Below are positions 46,976 to 53,337 of a DNA stretch of 53,337 bases, piece by piece. The notes under the pieces are model-generated. The model was not told the DNA's origin, made no database searches, and was given only the letters and a program-made list of their open reading frames with translations. The position numbers and the translations under genes were made by a program. Source of the stretch: a virus. Taxonomy: Duplodnaviria > Caudoviricetes. Each line of letters starts with the position of its first letter. Positions within the stretch are counted from its first letter, which is position 1. The stretch covers positions 1 to 53,337 of IMG/VR virus record IMGVR_UViG_3300032892_000071, one strand, 5' to 3'.

Positions 46976-47277
46976 CGGCCGGGCCCGGATGGGACAGCGT
47001 CATCATCGGCCTCGCGTCCCTGTCCATCGCCGGCCTCGCCTACACCTCGTCGGGCCGCGCCCGCACCGCCGGGGCCCGCACCGGCCACACGGCCGTCGAA
47101 GCGCAGGCGTGGGACCGCGCCCGCCTCGTCTACGAGAACGCGCTCCGCCAGCAGGAACACCAGATCGCCGCGCTGAACGAGAAAGTTGCCGCGCTGGAGG
47201 CCCGGACCGGGATGCTGGAGACGGTGATCCGCGATGCGGGCCTGCCCGTCCCCCCCAGCCCGGGCCAGGCCGGTTAG
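46972..47277 (+). CDS. single-TM coiled-coil lysis-region protein
   Basis: GTGA overlap; VIIGLASLSIAGLAY then heptad coiled coil. Confidence 0.55.
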   Translation: MTAGPGWDSVIIGLASLSIAGLAYTSSGRARTAGARTGHTAVEAQAWDRARLVYENALRQQEHQIAALNEKVAALEARTGMLETVIRDAGLPVPPSPGQAG

Positions 47278-47406
47278 GCGGGCGGCGGGGCGTGCCGCCC
47301 TCGCCGCAGCCGCGGCCGTCACCTGGTGGCGGCGGCGCCACACCAACATCGACGCGATCATGTGGCGGTCGTGGTACGACCCGGACCGCGGCAGGGGGGA
47401 CAACGG

Positions 47407-47880
47407 TTGAGCATCTACAAATACCGGCCGCACCCCCACATCCAGGCCCGCCAAAAAAAAGGCCCAGTGAAAATCGCCGACCAGCACCCGCACGGCACCG
47501 CCTTCGCCAGGTTCAACGCACGGCTCGGCCTGAAAATCACCCTGCTGATCGGGACGATGGGCTGCGCCTACATCTTCGCCGTGGTCGCGCTCATATCGCT
47601 GCCGTCAGCGATCAGGACACACGACGTGATCGTCATCGTGGCGTGGGTGGCGCAGACCTTCTTCCAGTTGGTGCTGCTGCCGGTCATCATCGTCGGGCAG
47701 AACCTTCAGGGCGCTGCGGCGGACAAACGCGCCCAGCAAACCTTCGACGACGCCGAGACGATCCTCGCGGAGTGCGTTGAGCTGCAGAAACATCTCCAAA
47801 ACCAGGACGACCTGCTCCTGGCGCACCAGGAACGGCTCGGCGCGCTGATCCTGGCGAGCGAGAAACGGCGAATGCCGTGA
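47407..47880 (+). CDS. DUF1003-like membrane protein
   Basis: AGGGGGA RBS, TTG 47407; GTMGCAYIF...QLVLLPVIIVGQNLQ..AADKRA. Confidence 0.6.
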   Translation: MSIYKYRPHPHIQARQKKGPVKIADQHPHGTAFARFNARLGLKITLLIGTMGCAYIFAVVALISLPSAIRTHDVIVIVAWVAQTFFQLVLLPVIIVGQNLQGAAADKRAQQTFDDAETILAECVELQKHLQNQDDLLLAHQERLGALILASEKRRMP

Positions 47881-48639
47881 TCAAAGGATCGCGAGTTGCT
47901 CCCCTCCCGGCCACACGCCGTCTCGCTTCGCGCTATTGCACCCCATATGAGCCGCACGTAGGTTCGATCGCTCGCCAGTCCCGCCTTGCGAGAGTGGAAT
48001 AACGTGGTCGATTGATGCTGACATCGAATCTGGATACTTTATTTTCGGATTGATCCGCTTCTGGCATAGGGAGCACCGGAACTTCTGCTCCTGTAATAGC
48101 TCGGCAATGTATACCGTGTCAGCCGGAACGCCGCGCTGACGTGCGCGTCTTCTCCGGCCTCTAGCTGACACCTTCTCTGGATTCGCCCGCGCCCAGGCCC
48201 GCCGCATCTCCGCCCGGCGTTCCGGGTTCGCCCGAGCCCACGCCCGCGTCCGCTGTCTCGCCCTAGTGCGCGCCTCAGCGTCTTGACGTGCTTGCCACTC
48301 CGACCGTATGCGGTCCCGGTTCGCTACGTACCACGCTGCCTTGCGGGCAGCCTCATGCTCGGCATTCGCCTGGGCATACGCGCGTTTCCTCGCTGCGATG
48401 GCTTCCTTATTCGCTGCTCGGTGCTGCCGCCGCTGCTCAGTTATGCGCTCTCGATTGGCGAGCGCCCACTCCCGCGCCTGAATGATCGCCTGTTCCCGGT
48501 TCTCCGCATACTGCTTCTTACGACGCGCCTTTCTACGACGTTCTTTGCATTCAGTGGAACATGTCATAGCTACATGACCGCCGCCTGGACGGGCCGGTAT
48601 CCTAGTTCCACATTCCGCGCAGATTCCCGCACTGGCCAC
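47881..48639 (-). CDS. free-standing HNH endonuclease
   Basis: CSLC...SIDHVIPLSQGGTGERSNLRAAHMGCNSAK; N-terminal CAEC..CSTEC; W..ANPE/ANRE repeats; start uncertain (48639, 48648 or 48669). Confidence 0.85.
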   Translation of the reverse strand: MASAGICAECGTRIPARPGGGHVAMTCSTECKERRRKARRKKQYAENREQAIIQAREWALANRERITEQRRQHRAANKEAIAARKRAYAQANAEHEAARKAAWYVANRDRIRSEWQARQDAEARTRARQRTRAWARANPERRAEMRRAWARANPEKVSARGRRRRARQRGVPADTVYIAELLQEQKFRCSLCQKRINPKIKYPDSMSASIDHVIPLSQGGTGERSNLRAAHMGCNSAKRDGVWPGGEQLAIL

Positions 48640-48662
48640 GACATCCATTCTAGGAGGTGCCA

Positions 48663-49376
48663 GTGACACTTGTTATGTACGACTCCGTAGATTTGACGGC
48701 ACTGCCTGGTGACGGCCTTTATTTCGCGGGGTACGTGGACGGCGCGTGGGTCACCGAGCCGATGCTGCGGGCCCGCTACCCCCGCGCGCACATCCTGTCG
48801 ATCGCCGTGTTCGCCGGCGACGACGCCGAATGCCTCGACGTCGAACCCGGGGACGCCACCGCCGCCCAGGTCCCGGCGTGGGTGGCGCGGCAGCAGGCCC
48901 GCGGCATCCACCGCCCGGTGGTCTACACCAGCGCCGGCAACGTCAACGCCGTCCTGCGCGTACTGCAGGCGGCCGGGACCGGCCGTTCCGGGGTGCGGAT
49001 CTGGTCCGCGCACTACGGCTGCGGGGAACACATCTGCGGCCCGGCCACGTGCGGCTACATCGACCCCGGCGGGCAGGTGGTGGCCGCGTGCGACGGCACC
49101 CAGTGGACCAACCAGGCGCTCGGCCGGAACCTGGACGAGTCCGTCCTCCTCGACGATTTCTTCGGCGCCCCTGCCCCGTCACCGGCACCTGCGGAGGCTG
49201 ACATGCCCGGCATCTGGAAGCAGATCATCTCGGTTACGCCGACGTTCGCCGCAGGTGTCATCGGCGGCTGGACCATGGTGGGCATCGGCGAGGACGGGGC
49301 TCTGTGGACGGTGTCGAAGCAGGGCGGCACGTGGACAAAACCTGAGCGTATCGACAGCATCGACATCCGCGCCTAG
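48663..49376 (+). CDS. endolysin, GH25-like muramidase fold
   Basis: AGGAGG RBS; CLDVEPGD, RPVVYTS, WSAHY, TQWT, LDES. Confidence 0.7.
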   Translation: MTLVMYDSVDLTALPGDGLYFAGYVDGAWVTEPMLRARYPRAHILSIAVFAGDDAECLDVEPGDATAAQVPAWVARQQARGIHRPVVYTSAGNVNAVLRVLQAAGTGRSGVRIWSAHYGCGEHICGPATCGYIDPGGQVVAACDGTQWTNQALGRNLDESVLLDDFFGAPAPSPAPAEADMPGIWKQIISVTPTFAAGVIGGWTMVGIGEDGALWTVSKQGGTWTKPERIDSIDIRA

Positions 49377-49474
49377 GTGTATCGACAGCATCGGAATCCG
49401 CGCCTGACCTGCGGTTTTAAAGTTTCCGGCAGTTTTCTGCAATTCGGCGCCCTCAAATGTTAGGGAAGTTGCAC

Positions 49475-50383
49475 ATGGTCGAGTTCCGGTCCGGATGGCT
49501 CCCGTCCGACCCGCGTGTCCCACGCGCCCACTTCGGCTGGCACCTCACCGGCGCCGCGCCCCCTGCCAGCGCAGGCTGGTACAGCGCGGTCCCAGCCTGG
49601 GGGATGCTGCTCAACGACCAGCTTGGTGACTGCGTCGGCGCCGGGATCGGCCACACCGTCGACGCGTACTCCTACTACGGGCAGGGCACCGAGGACACCG
49701 TCACCGACGCGCAGGTCCTCGCCCAGTACGAGCGGGTCGGCGGCTACGTCCCCGGGAACCCGAACAGCGACCAGGGTGAGGACATCCAGTCCGCGCTGGC
49801 CGACTGGACCGCGAACCCGATGGCCGGCGTCGAAATCCAGGCGTACGCGCAGGCTGCCGTGGACGACACCGAAGAGATCCAAACCGCCGTCGCCGAGCTC
49901 GGCGCCGTGCTGATCGGGGTGAACTTCCCGAACTCGGCGATGACCCAGTTCAACGACGGGCAGCCGTGGACGGTGGTCGCCTACGACGGCGGCATCGCCG
50001 GCGGGCACTGCGTGCCGCTGCTCGGCTACGACGCCACGAGCCTGTACTGCGTCACCTGGGGCAAGGTGCAGGCCATGACATACGGCTGGTACGCGAAGTA
50101 CTGCGAGGAGGCGTGGGTTCCAGTTTCGAGCGAGTGGGTGTCTGCGACCTCGGGTAATGACCCGGCGGGGGTGGACCTGGCGGGCCTGGGCGCGGAGTAT
50201 GCGGCGGTCACGGGGGGCGTCAACCCGTTCCCGGGCCCAGCGCCCACCCCGACCCCGACTCCTACGCCGACCCCGACTCCTACGCCTACGCCGTCCCCGG
50301 CGGAGATCTGCACCGAGATCGCAGCCTCGTTCACGTCACTCGCTAACTGGTTCGCCAGCCAGCCCCCCGCCAGCCTGCGCTAG
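49475..50383 (+). CDS. papain-like cysteine peptidase with PT-repeat linker
   Basis: NDQLGDC (Cys), GGHCV (His), VTWG; long (PT)n run; alternative start 49457. Confidence 0.7.
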   Translation: MVEFRSGWLPSDPRVPRAHFGWHLTGAAPPASAGWYSAVPAWGMLLNDQLGDCVGAGIGHTVDAYSYYGQGTEDTVTDAQVLAQYERVGGYVPGNPNSDQGEDIQSALADWTANPMAGVEIQAYAQAAVDDTEEIQTAVAELGAVLIGVNFPNSAMTQFNDGQPWTVVAYDGGIAGGHCVPLLGYDATSLYCVTWGKVQAMTYGWYAKYCEEAWVPVSSEWVSATSGNDPAGVDLAGLGAEYAAVTGGVNPFPGPAPTPTPTPTPTPTPTPTPSPAEICTEIAASFTSLANWFASQPPASLR

Positions 50384-50427
50384 AATCGCCGCAGCCCCTC
50401 TCCCGGGGCATGCTCAGCCGCTTCAGC

Positions 50428-50477
50428 AAAAAAGAGCCCTCCCTGTCCGCACTCGCGGGCCGGGAGGGCTCTTTTTT
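50428..50477. terminator. bidirectional intrinsic terminator
   Basis: A6-GAGCCCTCCC...GGGAGGGCTC-T6 between convergent gene blocks. Confidence 0.9.
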
Positions 50478-50478
50478 G

Positions 50479-50661
50479 TCATCTCCGGGGACCGGTGACC
50501 AGCCCCGCGCAGCGCGGGCAGAGCCACCTCACGCCCACCTGGTGCGTCACCCACGACGACCGGCAGATGTGGCACCGCCTGCCCCCGTAGCCGACCAGCC
50601 GCCACATGCGTGCCAGCAGCCTAGACACCACCGTTATGCGTGCCAGCAGCCGGAACATCAT
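50479..50661 (-). CDS. small zinc-finger protein
   Basis: GAGGGG RBS; CHIC...CPRC; duplicated RLLAR; ends at the terminator. Confidence 0.45.
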   Translation of the reverse strand: MMFRLLARITVVSRLLARMWRLVGYGGRRCHICRSSWVTHQVGVRWLCPRCAGLVTGPRR

Positions 50662-50746
50662 CGTTCCCCTCGACTTTCAAGGACTGGGCCGCGCGGCCCC
50701 TGGGATTCCCCTACGCCCCCCTGCGGGGCCGCGCGGCGTCAGCCGG

Positions 50747-51328
50747 CTACGGAATGTAGGGGGTGGTTGCGCCCAGGGACGGGTAGCAGATTCCCGTCTC
50801 ACCGTTGACGTACAGGTAGCCCTCGTCAGTCCACGGGTTGGGCACCCGGTACCAGGAGATGCCGGACACGACGCGGTACACCGCGGACGGGTAGGCGTAC
50901 GGGTAGACCAGCCCTTCGGTGGTGTCGCAGCCGCAGGTGGTGAGGGTCAGCCGCGGCAGTCCGATCCGGTAGATCGGCAGCCGGGGGCGTGGCAGGCCGA
51001 TACCGCAGCCGCAGCTGGTGATGGGCAGCCTCGGCAGCCCGGGCCGGTAGATCGGCAGGCCGGGGTGGTAGATCGAGATGCCGGTGCCGCATCCGCAGCT
51101 GGTGATGGGCAGCCTCGGCAGCCCCGGGCGTGGCAGGACCGGCCTCGGCAGAACGGGCCGTGGCAGGACGGGCCGTGGCAGGCCGGGGGCGGTGCATGCG
51201 GTGAGCGTAGGCGCGGTACACGCCGGCGCGGCGGGCGCGGCCGAGGCGGCACCCGCGCCGAGCGCGACGACACCGGCGGCAGCCAGCGGCGTCACGACGA
51301 CGGCAGCGAGCCGTGAGAGCTTGAACAT
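50747..51328 (-). CDS. secreted Pro/Cys repeat protein
   Basis: GAGGA RBS; signal peptide ending AASA; PRPVL x3 and GLPRLxxTxCGC x3. Confidence 0.65.
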   Translation of the reverse strand: MFKLSRLAAVVVTPLAAAGVVALGAGAASAAPAAPACTAPTLTACTAPGLPRPVLPRPVLPRPVLPRPGLPRLPITSCGCGTGISIYHPGLPIYRPGLPRLPITSCGCGIGLPRPRLPIYRIGLPRLTLTTCGCDTTEGLVYPYAYPSAVYRVVSGISWYRVPNPWTDEGYLYVNGETGICYPSLGATTPYIP

Positions 51329-51377
51329 CGAAACGTTCCTCGTTTCCTGGGGTTGAAGGGACTCAGGGCCGGGGGTG

Positions 51378-51584
51378 TCAGTGGTCGCGGACCCAGTGGC
51401 AGACCCGGACCCACTCGACGTGGTGGTGCCGGTGAATCTTCTCCCAGTGGCAGACGAGCCGGGGATGGTCCTGGCCGCCGCCGGGGTGGTGCGCGGGTGA
51501 GGCCATCGCCGGCGCCGCGCCGGCCGCGACCACGCCCAGCCCCATCACGGCGGCGCCGATCCACTTAGTCAGACGATTGCGCAC
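51378..51584 (-). CDS. small secreted His/Trp-rich protein
   Basis: AAGGAG RBS; signal peptide ending AMA; VCHW...HRHHH...VCHW. Confidence 0.6.
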   Translation of the reverse strand: MRNRLTKWIGAAVMGLGVVAAGAAPAMASPAHHPGGGQDHPRLVCHWEKIHRHHHVEWVRVCHWVRDH

Positions 51585-51673
51585 GACTCTCCTTTTTGAT
51601 CAAGGCTTTTGCTGGGCCGCATCTGCGGCCCAGCAAAAGGACGCGCGAGCCCCGCGAAAGGTTTACCCGCGCC

Positions 51674-52126
51674 TCATCTTTCCACTGCGACCCGGTAGTA
51701 CGCCGACGGCTCCCAATAGCGCCCGGTCCGCGACCAGCCCGCCGGCTGCCCCGGCCGGTACGCGGAGAACACCACATCCCCCGCATCGACCAGCGCCACA
51801 TGATCCGGCGCCGACGCGGGGCCGAAGAACACCAGGTCCCCCTGCCGGGCCTGCGACCGGGTGATCCGCACCAGGTCGCGGCTGCCGGCCATGCCGTAGG
51901 TGTCGCGCGGCAACACGACCCCCGCGTGGAGGTAGGCGGCGTAGACGAGCCCGGAACAGTCGAAAGCGGCCGGCCCGTCAGCACCCCACTGGAACGGCTT
52001 ACCGGCCTGCCCGACCGCGAACTGGTACGCCACCTGTCCGGGGCTCGGCGCGGCGGCGCGGGCCGGGCCCGCGAACACCGCCACCGCCAGCGCAGCCGCG
52101 GCCACGGCGGCGGCCCGGGACGCCAT
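51674..52126 (-). CDS. secreted NlpC/P60 peptidoglycan peptidase
   Basis: GKPFQWGADGPAAFDCSGLV, GDLVFF, HVAL; ATG overlaps the upstream TGA; signal peptide. Confidence 0.9.
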   Translation of the reverse strand: MASRAAAVAAAALAVAVFAGPARAAAPSPGQVAYQFAVGQAGKPFQWGADGPAAFDCSGLVYAAYLHAGVVLPRDTYGMAGSRDLVRITRSQARQGDLVFFGPASAPDHVALVDAGDVVFSAYRPGQPAGWSRTGRYWEPSAYYRVAVER

Positions 52127-52875
52127 CAGCAGTCCCCGGCCGTGGTCCAGGCACCCCAGTTCGTGCCGTCGCCCGACATCCGGACCGCGGCAGAGGCGCT
52201 GACCGCCGGGTCGAGCGCGGCCGGGTCGTCGTGCTCCTGCCACAGGCCGTAGTCGGTGGTGGGGGAGACCGCGCCGGGGTTGCCGCCGGACTCGTGCTCG
52301 GCGATGCACGCCGCGTGCGGCGCGGCCGCCGCAGAGCCACCCTCGGACATCCAGATCCGCTCGAGCGCGGCCTCGGAGAACATGCCGCCAGAGCTGGTGA
52401 ACGTGGCCCGCTGGTGCTGCTGCGGCACGTGCGCGGCCATAGCCACCCGCAGCGGCGCCGGCGGCGGAGGGGGCGGGGGCGGCCAGGCCCGGTAGGACAC
52501 CGGATGGCGCCGCGGCAGTTGCAGTATCCGGCCCGCCTCGAGCAGCCCGGGGTCCGCGCCGACCCGGGCGCGGTTGACATGCCACAGCCACGGCCACGCG
52601 GCCGTGTGGCCGTAGAACCGCTGGGAGATGGCCGCCAGCGTGTCGCCGGGGCGCACCACGTAGACGCGCGCACCGGGACTGGCGGGCGCGGGTGCCTGCG
52701 CCGCCGCGGCCGGGGTCACGATCTGGGTGGCGTGGCCGCCGCCGGCGGTTGCGGCTACGGTCAGCGCGGCGGCCGCCGCAGCAACGGGTGCCGTCTTCAC
52801 CGCGATCCGCGCGCACCGGGCTACGGGGGAGGGGGCGGCGTGACGGCCGCCGGGTTTTTGTTGTCGGCTCAACAA
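52126..52875 (-). CDS. LysM-domain lytic transglycosylase (Rpf/SLT-like)
   Basis: GRHA N-terminus, hydrophobic segment, YVVRPGDTLAAIS LysM, CIAEHESGGNP...YGLWQ. Confidence 0.8.
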   Translation of the reverse strand: MLSRQQKPGGRHAAPSPVARCARIAVKTAPVAAAAAALTVAATAGGGHATQIVTPAAAAQAPAPASPGARVYVVRPGDTLAAISQRFYGHTAAWPWLWHVNRARVGADPGLLEAGRILQLPRRHPVSYRAWPPPPPPPPAPLRVAMAAHVPQQHQRATFTSSGGMFSEAALERIWMSEGGSAAAAPHAACIAEHESGGNPGAVSPTTDYGLWQEHDDPAALDPAVSASAAVRMSGDGTNWGAWTTAGDC

Positions 52876-52992
52876 GGTTCCTGACGCTGGAACGGTGCCC
52901 GCCTACCGGCTGCCCACGGGTGGGTGCTTCCGGCGGGCCTGATCCAGCCAGAGTGCCAACAGCACACGCGGTCACGTGGCGGAATCGTGCAA

Positions 52993-53226
52993 CTACCGCA
53001 ACGCGCCGGCCGTGCTGGCCGGATCGTCAGACCAGTAGCGCGGATCCACCGCCACCGAGAAAACACCGACCGTCTCCGGATCACCGCAGGAACAGATGAA
53101 GCAATTGTGCTCGGCATGCCTGTGGTGTCCCTCATGGCGGGGCGCCTCTGCCGCGTCGGCGCATTGTTCTTCAGCCGCTTCTGCTGCCGCCCGGCCCGCC
53201 GCCCGCTGGTTCGCTCTGGCAGCCAT
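52993..53226 (-). CDS. small hypothetical protein
   Basis: purine-rich GGGAAGAA before ATG 53226; His/Cys cluster. Confidence 0.35.
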   Translation of the reverse strand: MAARANQRAAGRAAAEAAEEQCADAAEAPRHEGHHRHAEHNCFICSCGDPETVGVFSVAVDPRYWSDDPASTAGALR

Positions 53227-53286
53227 CCGTTCTTCCCAAGTGCTCAAGCTGATGCCTCCTCGGCACCTCCGGAATGCCGCCCAAGA

Positions 53287-53314
53287 GCGTTGGATAATCA
53301 CTGTTATCCAACGC
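53287..53314. promoter_or_regulatory. 28-bp 11-6-11 inverted repeat (recombinase site or operator)
   Basis: GCGTTGGATAA-TCACTG-TTATCCAACGC, perfect arms. Confidence 0.55.
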
Positions 53315-53337
53315 ACATGACTATGTCAGCGGTCCTC

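Noticed and set aside
51640-51672. c-di-GMP-I riboswitch-like GGTAAACC on the minus strand
   Set aside because: No GNRA-capped P2 or GCAAAGC continuation
52880-52945. c-di-AMP (ydaO) riboswitch upstream of the LysM/Rpf-like gene
   Set aside because: Only an outer GCCCGCC...GTAGGCGGGC stem is present; the conserved GAAUC, GGGGxGAA and CCCGxCAGCU elements are missing and it is too short
53287-53314. DnaA boxes or replication origin
   Set aside because: TTATCCAAC only partly matches TTATCCACA; no box cluster or unwinding element is visible in the window

Overview
High-GC actinobacterial tailed-phage (or prophage) segment covering most of a virion operon. In order: a ~18.6-kb accessory block (tandem beta-helix spike, glycosyltransferase/nucleotide-sugar cluster, tail-like paralogues, a 1668-aa Pro/Arg repeat protein), prohead protease/scaffold, major capsid gene, small decoration-like genes, neck, tail tube, frameshifted tail chaperone, tape measure, tail proteins (with a G1 glutamic peptidase), lysis genes, a bidirectional terminator, and a convergent block of secreted cell-wall enzymes. 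Terminase, portal and integrase were not seen. The main result is that the major capsid gene, which the ORF track shows only as fragments, is split into six exons (two of only 42 and 37 nt) by five group I introns. Splice sites placed from P1 U-G pairs and terminal G residues join into one uninterrupted 622-aa ORF. Two introns carry Vsr/DUF559-type endonucleases, three further free-standing homing endonucleases lie antisense in the operon, and all five have a TANNNT hexamer positioned for leaderless expression. Family assignments are from motif recognition by eye, not database searches.
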